From the NCBI GenBank assembly GCA_010909165.1, contig MU008168.1:248001-312000 (forward strand): a stretch of 64,000 bases of DNA. The letters run 5' to 3'. The stretch is from Anthoceros angustus (lineage: Eukaryota; Plantae; Anthocerotophyta). The position numbers and the translations under genes are program-made. Positions 36,345 through 48,499 of this stretch are shown here, in pieces (the stretch's first letter is position 1; every line of letters begins with the position of its first letter). The notes under the pieces were generated by a model. It made no database searches, was not told the DNA's origin, and saw only the letters and a program-made list of their open reading frames with translations.

Positions 36345-39300
36345 ATGTTACTGCAAGAAGAGCTCCAGCTCGCGGGCCTTCCAGGATTAAATCGTTCGCA
36401 ACCAAAGATGCCGCGAGGTGCAGGTGCTTCAAATTCGGAGGAGGGTCGTCACGACCAGGAGGTCCTCTGGTTAAACAACCTCCACAAGCGAGCTTGGGCG
36501 CATGTGGGTACGGAGGTGGGTCGCCGTGGCTCCGAATTCCGCTGGAGCTTGCGCTTGCCGGATGATTCTGACCCCCACGGGCCTGCAGGGGACGAAAAAG
36601 GTGAAACGGCTGAAGCCGTGAACGAGCTGTGTCATCAGGGCCGTCTCTCTGAGGCTGTTGAGGCATTGGGAGTTCTGGTGCAGGAAGACTGTTGTGTTTC
36701 TAGGTCTCTGTTTTATACTGTTCTGAAGCAATTTGTGGTAGAAAAAGATCTTGTTCTGGGTCGCCGAGTCCATGCTTTCATAGTGAAGATGGGGTACCAG
36801 TTGGATACGTTCCTGTGCAACCACGTCCTGCGAATGTATGTTTCTCATGGCAGGTTGCAAGACGCGATGGATGTGTTCACCTTTGTTGACAAACCAGATG
36901 CCTTTATGTGGTCTTCCATAATATCCGCGCATGTTAAACACGGACAAGACAAGCAGGCCTTGCAGCTGTATCGGCAGATGCGTGGGTCGAATGTGAAGCC
37001 AGATGGCCATGTATTTGTGGCAGCCCTTCAGGCTTGTGCAAGGGGATTAGATTTGGAATCTGGGCAGCAGGTGCATGCTGATGTGCTGGCTAGTGGCCTT
37101 AAGCCTAATTTGTTTGTCTCGAATTGCCTGGTGGACATGTATGCAAAATGTGGTAGCTTGGAAGACGCTCGGAAGTTGTTTGACGGACTTGTTCAAAAAG
37201 ATGTAGTGACGTGGACTGCTCTGATAGCAGGGTATTCCCAGCAGGGCAGGGGACAGGATGCCCTTCATCTCTACAGTGATATGCAAGAAGGAAACATCGC
37301 TGTTCCCAATGCAGTGACATTTGTGTGCCTTCTGCAGGCATGTGCAAGTGTTGGCACCCTGGCATTGGAAACAGGGAAACAGATTCATGGAAAAATTAGA
37401 GAACAAGGGCACCAAGCTGATGTGTTTGTAGCCAGCAGTTTGGTAAACATGTATGCCAAGTGCGGCAGCCTGGAAGATGCCCAAAGAGTGTTTGACAGAC
37501 TGAGTGACAAAGATGTTGTGATGTGGAATGCGATGATAGCAGGCTATTCCCAGCAGGGCATGGGGCAGGAAGCCCTTCATCTTTACAGCGCTATGCAGGA
37601 GGAAGGCATTGCTGAACCCAATTCTGTGACTTTTGTGTGCCTTCTGCAGGCATGTGCAAGTATAGGCAATCTTGCATTAGGGGAAGGGAAAAAGCTTCAT
37701 GCACAAATAAGGGAGAGAGGACACCAAGCTGATGTCTTTGTAGCTAACAGTTTGATAAATATGTATGCGAAGTGTGGCAGCTTAGAAGATGCTCAGAGAG
37801 TGTTTGACAGGCTCGTTCAAAAAAATGTGGTGACATGGACTTGTCTAATTGCAGAATATTGTCAGCAGGGCATGTGCCAGGAAGCCCTTTGTCTGTATAG
37901 TGCAATGCAAGGAGAAGGCATCGCTGTACCCGATTCTGCAACATATGTGTGCCTCCTCCAGGGATGTGCAAGTGTGGGCACCCTGGCGTTGGACATGGGT
38001 AAGCAGCTGCATACACAAATAAGAGAAGGTGGATATGATGCTGATAAATTTGTAGCCAGCAGTTTGGTAGACATGTATGCGAAGTGTGGCAGCCTGGAGG
38101 ACAACAGGTATAAGAAGAGCCTCCCTGCACCTGACTTCTGGCAGTGGGAGTCACCGGAGGTCCTGTGGTTGAACAATTTCTACAAGCCAGGTTGGGCGGA
38201 TTTGCAGCTTGCTGCTGTGGATGGCGAGAGAGGGTGTCGTGCGCCCAAATTCAACTGGAGCTTGCTGGATGATCTTGAACCTGGCCAGCCTGCAGGATAT
38301 AGAAGGGTTGTAACGGCTGAAACTGTGAGCCAGCTATGCCATCAGGGCTATCTCCCTGAAGCTATTGAGGCTTTGGGAGTTCTGGTGCAGACAGACGCTT
38401 CTCTTTCCAGATCTCTCTTTCATACTGTCATGGACAAGTGTATACTCAATAAGGATTTTGTTCTGGGGCGCCAAGTCCATGCTTTCATCATAAAACAGGG
38501 GTTCCAGTCGGACACGTTTCTGTGCAATCACATCCTGCGAATGTATGCTTCTCAGGGCAGGTTGCAAGATGCCATGGATGTGTTTAACATGGTTGAGCAA
38601 CCAGATGCCTTCATGTGGTCTTCCATAATTTCTGTGCATGTTAAGCAGGGAAAAGACAGAGGGGCCATACAACTGTATCGTCAGATGCGCAGGTCAAGTG
38701 TGAAGGCTGATGGCCATGTATTTGTGGCAGCCCTTCAGGCTTGTGCAAGAGCATCGGACTTGGAAACGGGGCAGCATGTGCATGCTGATGTATTAGCCAC
38801 CGGGGTTGAGCCTGATTTGTTTGTCTGGAATGCCTTGGTGCACATGTATGCAAAGTGTGGCAGCTTGGAAGAGGCACAAAGAGTGTTTGACAGACTTGTT
38901 GAAAAGGATGTCGTGACATGGACTGCCATGATAGCAGGATATTCCCAGCAGGGCTTGGGGCAGGAAGCTCTTCGTCTCTACAGGGCTATGCAAGAAAACG
39001 GCATGGCTGTGCCCGATTCTGTGACATTTGTGTGCCTCCTGCAGGCATGTGCAAATGTGGCAGCTTTGCATCTGGGAAGGGAGCTTCATGCTCACATCAA
39101 ACAAGGAGGGCTTGAAGCTGATTTGTGTGTAGCCAACAGTTTGATACACATGTACGGTAAGTCTGGGAGCATGGTGGAGGCACAGGAGGTGTTTGATGCG
39201 TTGCCAACAAGAGACGTTTTCACATGGAGTGCTCTGATTGCCGGCTACGCCTGTCAAGGAGACAGTGAACTGGTGTTCGACCTGCTCCACAGAATGAGAT

Positions 39301-39812
39301 CGGATGGCATACTGCCAGTCGGCATCACTTTCCTGAGTATACTAACAGTATGCAGCCATGCGGGTCTAGTGAACAAGGGGAGAGAGTGCTTCGAGGCCAT
39401 GAGTAAACATTATGGCATCACCCCCACAGTGGAGCACTACACATGCATGGTGGATATCATGGGCCGGGCAGGCCAAGTGCATGACGCCCTAGCTTTGGTT
39501 AAAACAATGCCTGTAGTGCCTGATCGTGCAGTTTGGACAACTCTACTGGGCGCTTGTCAGAAGTGGGGCAACGTGGAGGTGGGACGCCATGCTTTCGACC
39601 AAGCAGTGAGGCTGGACAAGACAGACCCTGCTCCATATGTGCTAATGTTGAACATATACACCGGTGCTCATATGTGGGAGCAGGCACAAGAGATGCAGGG
39701 CCGGAGAAAAATAATCAGGGCATGGAAGCAGCCAGGTGAAAGCTGGTGGACAGACATGGACGGGCTGGTGCATCGGTTTTTGGTCAGTGACGAGAAGCAT
39801 CTTACGAGCTAA
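36345..39812 (+). CDS. PLS-class PPR protein (1155 aa) with E domains and a truncated WW-type PG box; apparent fusion of two PPR genes
   Basis: Many P/L/S motifs (LVDMYAKCGSLEDA, DVVTWTALIAGY, FVCLLQACA); E region HYTCMVDIMGRAG..WTTLLGACQKWGN; ends WKQPGESWWTDMDGLVHRFLV with no HxE/CxxC deaminase. Confidence 0.95.
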   Translation: MLLQEELQLAGLPGLNRSQPKMPRGAGASNSEEGRHDQEVLWLNNLHKRAWAHVGTEVGRRGSEFRWSLRLPDDSDPHGPAGDEKGETAEAVNELCHQGRLSEAVEALGVLVQEDCCVSRSLFYTVLKQFVVEKDLVLGRRVHAFIVKMGYQLDTFLCNHVLRMYVSHGRLQDAMDVFTFVDKPDAFMWSSIISAHVKHGQDKQALQLYRQMRGSNVKPDGHVFVAALQACARGLDLESGQQVHADVLASGLKPNLFVSNCLVDMYAKCGSLEDARKLFDGLVQKDVVTWTALIAGYSQQGRGQDALHLYSDMQEGNIAVPNAVTFVCLLQACASVGTLALETGKQIHGKIREQGHQADVFVASSLVNMYAKCGSLEDAQRVFDRLSDKDVVMWNAMIAGYSQQGMGQEALHLYSAMQEEGIAEPNSVTFVCLLQACASIGNLALGEGKKLHAQIRERGHQADVFVANSLINMYAKCGSLEDAQRVFDRLVQKNVVTWTCLIAEYCQQGMCQEALCLYSAMQGEGIAVPDSATYVCLLQGCASVGTLALDMGKQLHTQIREGGYDADKFVASSLVDMYAKCGSLEDNRYKKSLPAPDFWQWESPEVLWLNNFYKPGWADLQLAAVDGERGCRAPKFNWSLLDDLEPGQPAGYRRVVTAETVSQLCHQGYLPEAIEALGVLVQTDASLSRSLFHTVMDKCILNKDFVLGRQVHAFIIKQGFQSDTFLCNHILRMYASQGRLQDAMDVFNMVEQPDAFMWSSIISVHVKQGKDRGAIQLYRQMRRSSVKADGHVFVAALQACARASDLETGQHVHADVLATGVEPDLFVWNALVHMYAKCGSLEEAQRVFDRLVEKDVVTWTAMIAGYSQQGLGQEALRLYRAMQENGMAVPDSVTFVCLLQACANVAALHLGRELHAHIKQGGLEADLCVANSLIHMYGKSGSMVEAQEVFDALPTRDVFTWSALIAGYACQGDSELVFDLLHRMRSDGILPVGITFLSILTVCSHAGLVNKGRECFEAMSKHYGITPTVEHYTCMVDIMGRAGQVHDALALVKTMPVVPDRAVWTTLLGACQKWGNVEVGRHAFDQAVRLDKTDPAPYVLMLNIYTGAHMWEQAQEMQGRRKIIRAWKQPGESWWTDMDGLVHRFLVSDEKHLTS

Positions 39813-40002
39813 GCCAGGCTTGAACAAATATTATGCAAGGAAATATGTAATTAACCTGTTGTACAATACACATTTTTTATCTTCAAACGATTTGGAGCGT
39901 TAGCAATAGAAGCGAGCAGCAAAGTACCCCGACGGCCTCTCTTCAGCAGAAATGCAACAGAACAAGTCTTCAGGACGATCGCGAAATGGAGACTGCCGTT
40001 GC

Positions 40003-40330
40003 ATTTCGCGATCGCACCAGGCTCACCAGCGGCAGCTGAGCCTAGATTTTGGTGTAACACTGCCATCAGGCAGCTCGCCACACGCAACGTCCTCGACATC
40101 CGGATGTGCATCCATCTCCCCGTGCGCATCCATCTGGAACCGGGCTCAGCCTGGCATCACGAGGAGGCATCTCAGACCCATGCCTGCTGTGCATGATAAT
40201 CTACTGCGAATCAAGCATCAACTCTTGCGTCTACGACCCCGCCTCGGACCGCTGGTACTACTCCAACTCCCGCCAAGAGTGGGATTTCAATCCCCCAGGA
40301 CCCGGAAGTCCCGGACACGCGAATTCTGGA
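40003..40330. pseudogene. Rearranged F-box gene fragment (inverted 5' part joined to a direct downstream part)
   Basis: 40003-40152 matches the reverse complement of about 50675-50822; 40153-40330 matches about 50883-51055 in direct orientation. Confidence 0.8.
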
Positions 40331-41589
40331 GCACACTGCCACCATCACGCTCATTTCCATCAGCTCGCGCTCGTGCTTGGCGCCCAGCTCCGCGCCCGCG
40401 ATAAATCACACCATGTTGTGATGAAATAATATATTAGGGGTACTATCTAAATTAGGTTACCTATCTAAAATTTTAGTTAAATTTTTAATATAATTTTAAT
40501 TAATTATTATGGTAATTATTGATCATTTAATTAGATAATGGATTATAAAAGATTATAATCACTTTAATAAAAATTCTATTGTATATAAACAATACTTTAT
40601 CATCATAATACAACACACGTAGAAATTGTATCATTCTCATCATGGTATTATAGCACATTTGCTCTCAATTTGCTTGCGCAATTCAATGCATCTAAGGCGC
40701 TAATCTAGGAGGCATAGTATACTCTAAGATTTACTTAGATAGAGTATGCTCATCTTAAAAAAATTGTTTTGGAATGCATTTTATTTGTGCTAACATTTCC
40801 TGTCTAACAGTGACTTTATACATTTTTTTAATTTAATTCTATGAATTTCTTCATCCCTATAAGGAATAGGCATAGAATAAAGAAGAGAAATAAACCTACA
40901 AGCAAGAAGCTCAAAATAGAAGTTAAAACATTAGAAACATTAGAAAACCAAATGTTATAGTAGAAATAGAATAGACAAATCTCTATCTATATTTTAAATT
41001 TAATTTTTTTTATTCTCATTAGAAATGCAGATAAAAGAAAGCTAATTAACCTTGTAAAACGTGATTTACTATAATTTTTTAGTCCAGTTCACGTCAAGGC
41101 ATTAAAATTAGTACTTCAATACATTCATCATTTGCGTGTTGGCTCTATTACATTTTCTAACCTGTAAAGATAATAGAAAATCTGACGTTGTTGTTTCTAT
41201 TCGAACAGAAATAAGTCACCTTCAAAATTTTACTAATACTCAAATACGATTTTCTAAGACACAAAATTTGTGATCTAACCAGAAGTGTTGATAAATTAGA
41301 TATTTTATTATCCAAAGAGTGCGACTCAAATATTCTGCAGAAATCCAATATCAGATCTTCTTCACCTGCTTCGAGTTATGATGAAGATGAAATTTCAGGA
41401 TCTAAAATGCAGAATTTCAACCCCAATTGAATTGCTCCACATGCATATATGTCTTCTCCGATTATCCAAGAGAAGAATAGAGATTGCTTAGGCAAGACCT
41501 AATCTTATAAATTACCTGCACTGACTGGAAAAGTTGACTTGGAGGAACAAGCTTCTCCTTTTATCCCACGAGGTTGATATCACTAATAA

Positions 41590-42220
41590 TTCTGCGATTC
41601 ATTATTTTGGTGACAACTATACAGAGAAAAAACAGCGTTAATAAAAAAATTTATGATGTTTGGTCCTTCAGAATGAAAGCAGCTTTTCAGCAACAAAATC
41701 TATGGCACATTGTCGACAACACAATCCCAAGGTCCACTGCTAGATTTGAGCTTGACCTTCCACCTGCCTAAGACACCAGGGACGAGAAAGCACAAGACCT
41801 GTTGGTCAATGGGCTGACATAACAAATGGTGAGACAAGCTACACACGCAAAGACCTCCAAGGATATATGCAATCATCTTGCTTGGCTCTACTCATCTTCA
41901 AAAGATGTTATGAGTATTGTTGCAGCTTCACATAATTTCCGCAACTTTCAATGAAAGATTCACACACCATCGAACACCCGTTTCGAATGGTAAGATCTCA
42001 ATTAGAATTTGCAAGTGGTGTACCTGTCCACGAGCTGGGGGCTTACGTCATTCTCTTATCTTTCTTACGGCGGGCCCTCTTATAGAGCTTCCGTCACCAC
42101 TCAAAATGCTATCCTACGTAATGCAAGAAAGACGGCAGATTTGAATCTAGACGAAGATCTTGACATCAATGTTTCCGAACTCATTAGAGCATTAATGCAG
42201 GAAGAGTCAAGTCGATGTTA
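41590..42220 (+). mobile_element. Degenerate Ty1/copia gag fragment
   Basis: YDVWSFRMKAAFQQQNLWHIVD..DEKAQDLLVNGL..QMVRQATHAKTSKDI..VSELIRALMQEESSR, with stops and frameshifts; no pol or LTR seen. Confidence 0.7.
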
Positions 42221-43061
42221 GCATACATCCGGATCCAGCAGGTGATATATGCCCAGCGCCCACCATGTTTAAGTTGATCCTTGTGTGTTACCAGTTTTGC
42301 TGGTAGTTGAGTTCCTAAACTGTCATCTTGGAGCAGTTTCTGTGCCTACAGTGGATTGCCTATGGTAAGGCTATTTATGTCTTGTCTTTTAATTATTTTG
42401 TTCAAGAATGATATGCTCTTCGTGATTGCTGACCTAACCTGTCCTAACTCATGACCTGTCATCATCTCAGTTGATTATTGACCTGATTGTTTCTTGTCTA
42501 CAGGGTCTTTTGAATATTTGCCGCATAGCTTCCAGAGTGTTTGCCTTGGGTAAGAAATCCTCATCATTATTCTACTTCACTTTCTTTCCTTTCATTCCGC
42601 CTACCTATGTTTAGGTCATTCTAACTTTAACTTGACTTTGATGTATTTCAAGTCTACCCAAAGTTATTTGTTTGCTTAGCGTTTGGCATTGCGGTACTGC
42701 ATTTACTGCTCTATGTTTCTACGTTCTTTATTCTTATGTTTCAATTAGTTGAATTTCATCCTTTGACATATTGGCTGCTTAATGATTGTTTGATTATAGA
42801 CCTTATCGTTTCACGTTTCAATTTTATATTGTAAGTATCTATTTGGCTTTACCCCAGATTGATACTCACATGTTGATATTGATGTAGATGTTGCTCTTAA
42901 TTTCTACTTGTAGTTATAATTTTTTATTTATAATGTTATATGAATCCACTCAGTGTTTTAAGAATCCACTAAATATTATAAAAATTTTATCCAATAGTAT
43001 AAAAATTTACTCATAATTATAATGTTTTACTTATTATACTTACTCGTTATTATGGGTTTTC

Positions 43062-44292
43062 ATATGGAATACCGATCTGGTCACATGTGAGCGTGTGTGT
43101 GACTTTCTTTTTTTCCGGTGTACGCTACGGGAATATGCCACGGCATCTTTTAGATACTTACGTATAATACGTGTCACATCAGCTTCTGTGCCGTTCGTAC
43201 GCGGGCAAAAAACTTTGTATCACACGTTCATAGGCCTGGTGTTCCGATTGTGTCATGCAAATGTATTCTTTAGGGTTTCGGTCCCATCAACACACATACA
43301 TGTTAAACATGCAGGCAAGACATACATACACAAATTTTAGTTCGCAAGTATGGCCCGTGTGCACGGTTCCCATTTGCTCATGGCCTCGATCTCGCGGTGT
43401 CGCCCCGCGCCCGCCCGCCCGCCTCGCCCGCCCGCCCGCCCGCCCGTGACTGCTCGCGCCCGCCTGCCCGCCCGCCCGCCCGCCCGTGACTGCTCGCGCC
43501 CGCCCGCCCGCCTCGCTCTGCTCGCGCCCGCCCGCTCGCCCGCCCGCCCGCCCGCCCGCCCGCCCGCCCGCCCGCCCGCCCGCCCGCCCGTGATCTGCTC
43601 GCGCAACCATCGGTAGAATATTGATGCTCACAATCGAGACAGATTCGGCAGCGGCATCTTAAGGCATGGACAAGCCATGTAGTCCAGTAGGCCCTTTGAA
43701 CTGTACGCTTGTGCACTGCAGGTTTTTTTGGGTGCAAGCATTGTATGTGTGCGACTGTTTTCATGAAAGCCCTTCTCTGTTGGTCCTTCTGTTACAAGCT
43801 TGTTTCGGGGTAGTTGGTGCTATGTGAAATTGCACCCCCGTAGGCAGCAGGCCTAGGAAACGTTGCAGCCTTGTATGCAGCCAGTGCCAAACACTGCAGC
43901 CTTACACGTAAGGGCAAACGCACTCAGCCGCGACGCAAACACAGACAATGACTGCAATGCAAACGCAATGGCATACGGTAAGTGCAGCGCTAACGCAACC
44001 ACTGACAACCCTAAAAAATTATGGATGCCGTGGTCGCGGACATGGCATATTGCGTGCTGCAATGGCGCGGCAACGCAAATGACCTCAACGCAACCCTAAC
44101 CCCAAAAGAAGAAAAGTTTCTATGTGGCGCAGAATCATTTTGTGTACCATGGGATAGGTTGACCACATCGGGACACCGGGGGGCCGCAGCCCCAACCGAT
44201 GTGGTCATGCATGACATGCCGAAATAGTTCCGCCGTATGTGGTGGAACTATTTCTTTCTGTGATGTCGCGTGACCAGATCGGTATTCCATAT
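43062..44292. mobile_element. Non-autonomous TIR DNA transposon (~1.2 kb) with an internal (GCCC)n tract
   Basis: Perfect inverted repeats ATATGGAATACCGATCTGGTCAC (43062-43084) and GTGACCAGATCGGTATTCCATAT (44270-44292); 4-bp TSD readable as TTTC or ATAT; (GCCC)n at 43404-43590. Confidence 0.88.
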
Positions 44293-44589
44293 TTTCATCC
44301 CACATTATATGTCAATATAATGTGTGGGATGTTACTTATAAGATACTTTCCTGGCCTGATGTAAGGAAAATATTTTAACCTATTCAATAAAATTGAAAAG
44401 TTAAAACTAGAAGATGACTTTCTCTCACTATAACTTACCTACCTAGTACGATGGCGTAACGGGGCCGAGCGCGGCGCGTTACGGGTCGGGGTGACGTACC
44501 TGAGCGTACGTGCCCGCTTGCGGCGCCTGCCGTGTCGATCCTGAATTGAGCCAAATGTTTGGCTCGCTGCGGAGGAAAAGCTGGCATTC

Positions 44590-45130
44590 CGTCCGGGGCC
44601 CGGTGCGCATGAATCTATTGGGGTTTTCTCCAATAGTCTGGCCGCCTACTGCGAGCAGGAGGCGACCAAGGACTGACATGTACTGATATACACATTTGAA
44701 CTGGAAGGAAGCTCCCGGAGCCTGGCCGGCCACGCCGTCTCTGTGGAAGTATGTACGTGGCAAGTCTTGTCTGCGGCCAGTATGAAATGGAATGACAACA
44801 CTCACCAGACGTCTTTGTGATCTTAGATGACATAGCTCACTTTCTTGTCGAGCATTCCTCACAAGAATCTGTCGCTCCTTGTGCACCGTTGTTTGTCTGC
44901 CTGCAGGCAATAAGATATGACCTGTACAGAAGTGCCGACCGTCGGGCGATTGCCAACGTACCGACAAGGATCGCGTGTCGTTCGTGTCCTTTGTGCTGCC
45001 TAATAAGAAACCGATACTGTCAGTGGCGCGTCAGCTAATGTCTCCGCATCTACCTGCTCTTCACCGGCTCTTCACCTTTGAAGAAATCGTGAAAGTGGTT
45101 AGCACGTGTGCCGAGCTGCCCGATGCGAAC
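44590..45130 (+). pseudogene. Decayed 2-oxoglutarate/Fe(II) dioxygenase, 3' half
   Basis: PP-CEQEATK-GLTxTD (YPPCP..GL..HTD-like), DVFVILDD, then after a CAG acceptor LYRSADRRAIAN-DKDRVSFVSFVLPN..QLMSPHLPALHRLFTFEE (HR..R.S motif region). Confidence 0.6.
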
Positions 45131-45392
45131 TAAACCCTTGCCAACTTTCCGCTTGCTAGATGTCACTTCAAACTGCAGACCTCACTGCTAGGAAGGAAAG
45201 GAGCTGAAGTACGTGGCTCACTAGGTGACCACATCCTAGTTCCAAAGACCAAGGACCAAGTCCGAAGGAAAAAGGACAAAACCCCACCATCTCCAGGACG
45301 CACTGGAAAGTGGATGAAGCTTTCCCCTCTACCACAGATTGGAGCTTCTATCCAGAGTGCTCCGTCTGGTGCTGAAGTGCAAACCTCTTCGG

Positions 45393-48300
45393 CTAGCCAG
45401 CTTCTAATCGTCGAATTTCCGTGTCTAACCCTCGAATAATTCTATCAGACACACTGTACACTCCGGAATCAAGCAGCTCCGCTTTCTGTTTTTTCAATCT
45501 CCGTATCTCCTTCTCCTGGAAAGGTGCTTGAGGCCCTTCTTCATCGACCAGCTCATTCTCCACATCGCTCAATCTGCGACTTGCAAACAGGCTCTCGTGA
45601 TACGGATCTCTGCGGCTCTGGCCCACCTCCAGCAAGGGTTTCCGGGCCTCAGGACCCCTGGGTTCTTCCGCACTTCTATCAACCTTATTAGCCTGCTTGA
45701 CTAGGTCCGAAGCATTCCCCCGAGGAGTTCCGAGCCGAGAATTCTCCATGGCCGGTTTCGCAAACAGGGGCTCTGCGCCGTCGTCCTCAGATTCCCAGGC
45801 AGCAGTTTCTACCTCTCTTCTGCCCGGCGCTTGCACAGGAGCCAGAGATTTCCGCGGCTTGCCTTCCTTACGTGCGGGAGGCCGGGCGGGAGCTTTAGAC
45901 TGGCCGGGCTTGGGTGGAGGGGAGAGCTGCGAGGAAACAGCGGCCGTCACGGCAGCAGCAGCAGCAGCAGTAGCAGCAGCGGTTGCTGCAGTTACCGCAG
46001 TTTGTTCCTGCACCTGAAGTCGCCGCAGCTGTTCACCGACGCGGTCCAGGTCTTGGTTTCGCGCAGTATGCATCGTTCCATGTGCTGGAACACACATGGA
46101 TCCGTCATCCTGGCCCCTGATCCAGATTGAGGCGATCACGGTAGAAGGTTGCCATCTCCTTTGCCATTCGCAGAACCTACATGCGAGAATGATATCAGAA
46201 ACATGCTCTCAACTTCGAGCACAGTGCACGCAAACCCTACAAGACAACGGCTCCTTACTTGTGACTTATACTCCTCCTTGACCGCACTGCTGCCTCCAAT
46301 CTCGCATTCAAATCGTTGCACTGTTGCTTCGAGACCAACACTTGGGCAGATAAATCTACCTCAAATGTGTTTCGCTGTGCGGCCTTGAAATCACTGAACT
46401 GCTTTTCCAGCCCAGCAAGAGCTTTGTTCGCAGTGGCTAATCTCTTTTCCAGCACTGCATGTTGTTCCAGCAGCGCAGTGTACTTGCCTTGCTCAAGTTC
46501 TACTCGATGTTCGCACTCAGTTTGGAGCCTTTTCACGGCCACCTGCCAACAAGCACACCGGCTCAGTGCCTGAATTGATGATAACCACGCTATCACCTCT
46601 GTGACAGGTCATACAGACCTGTGCATCAGTAACTCGTTGAGCATATTCACGCTCAAGGCCATCCCTCCTCAGCTTGGCTGCTTCTTGCCCTTGCACAAGC
46701 TTTCTCTCCATCTTTTTCCAGTTCAAACATTTTTGTCCTGCCAGGTTTCAACACCAAACTTCTCACAATCGAAGAAGCAAAGCTACAAGGTATGCGCACC
46801 ACGTTCAATCTGTACGCATTCCCTTGAAGTCTTTACCTTTACCAAGACGAAAACAAAGAAGTCATGTTTGAAATTCGCTTAGGGGTCTCACTTCAACTTA
46901 TTCTCCAGAGCATCCTGTTCCTTCCTGGTCCTTTCCATCTCTGCCAAGTGTGCTCGTTCTTTTTCCGCCACTCAGCTTCGAGAGCAGCCATCCGAACCAT
47001 TTCCCTTTCCTTCAAATCAGCTCGCCATTTTGCTTCTTCCGACCTCCTCCACATCTCAAATTCCCAAGCCATTTCATATTCAAGAGTCTGCCTCAGATCC
47101 TGCTCTTGGCATGGAGCAGCGTCTTTGTGGTCCATCCCAGCTTTCGGAAAGCTTTCCTGCGAGAACCCGTTGGTGTGACCAGTGAACATATCATCTTCCA
47201 CTTCCTTCACTGGATGCTCTTCAGGCTTTTACGCCTTTTGGGGCTCCATGACAGGCCCCAACTCTTCCAGGGCCAGTACCACACGCACAGCGCCAATATT
47301 GACCTGACAGCATAAACTCAGAACATGAGCTTACAAGAGCATACATGCCTGGGAACTATATGTGCTTGAAAACACGGACTTGGAAACTTCAAACAACAGA
47401 TCTGTCATTGGTATTTCAACAGAGAAACCTTGTGTGGAAAACATGAAGCCCAGTTCAGTGCTACCTGTTGTTCAGATCTTGGGCCGTCATCACCCGATGG
47501 TGACGGTGAAAAGACGGGGGCATATCCATCAAGTCTTGAATCATGCATAAGTGATGCCATGGGTATGGATGCAACCCCAATAACACTGTCGGCCATGTAT
47601 CTGCGGCATGGGAACCATATCCGGAATCAGAGCTCCAAGCTACCCACAACCAGGCAGCACCGACACAAGAATGCACAGGACCATCCGGCACAAGCAGTAC
47701 CTGTCGGAATGCAGAACTTGGGCCACAATGTGAGGCTCCTCTGCAAGTGCAGCAGACAAGGCTGAAATGGTGGCAGGAAGCTCCAATGCAACATAGCTGT
47801 TACCAGCATCCACAGACTCAGACCTCGACACCTGAGCAAAACTGGATTGCTAATGAAGAAAATGCAGCACCAGCGGAGCCGCATTGACGCACCCGTTAGG
47901 GATGACGATCTCCGTGCCCTTGGCCACAAGCACCGGCGGATGCGTGCGCAGAGGGGCCGTGAGCTTGGCGGCGTTGGCGGAGTACGGCGTCGCCATGGCC
48001 AGTTTCACGATGGAATGCGGCAGCACCACCCGCACGAACGCGTTCACTGCCCTGGCTGGCAACCTGGAGCCCGCGCGGAAGCTGCGCACATCCACGCTCA
48101 CCCGGAACACGCGCATCCCGCCGTCCTCCATGCGCCCCTTGTCCCCCTCTTCCGCCAGACCCTGCCCTCCCTGCTCCGCCGCCATGCCCAACACGCCCCC
48201 TGCCGCCGCCATCGCTGCTGCTGCTGCTGCTCCTGATTAGCACGCTACGGTGCTGATTCCGCCATCCCCAAGGGCGACTGGAACTGCATTGCGTTGCATT

Positions 48301-48490
48301 GGGCTGCGTTGCCTACCTGCGGCCTCCGGCATGTGGGGCAAGATCCTGGTCCCCGACAGTGGGCTTCGCTCCCCTGAACGTCTGAAGGAGTGACCACACA
48401 GAGACAGTTTGGGTTGTGTGGGCGTGCCTTGCCTTTCTTGCTGCTCCTTGTTGAGAAGGCCATCTGAATCCGATGGCAAGTTTTACCGCT
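45393..48490 (-). CDS. CEP120: CEP120-like centriolar protein, copy A, apparently 5'-truncated (third C2 domain plus coiled coil)
   Basis: FRVSVDVRSF..PLRTHPPV..GTEIVIPNG (C2C); VVLALEELGP; LEYEMAWEFEMWRRSEEAKW..LKEREMVRMAALEAEWRKK; LQTECEHRVELE..LEKQFSDFK; RRLKKQKAELLDSGVYSVSDRIIRGLD. Homopolymer frameshifts present. Confidence 0.8.
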
Positions 48491-48499
48491 CCGCAAGCT

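Noticed and set aside
43287-43764. Arg/Ala/Gly- or Pro-rich ORFs
   Set aside because: Translations of the (GCCC)n tract.
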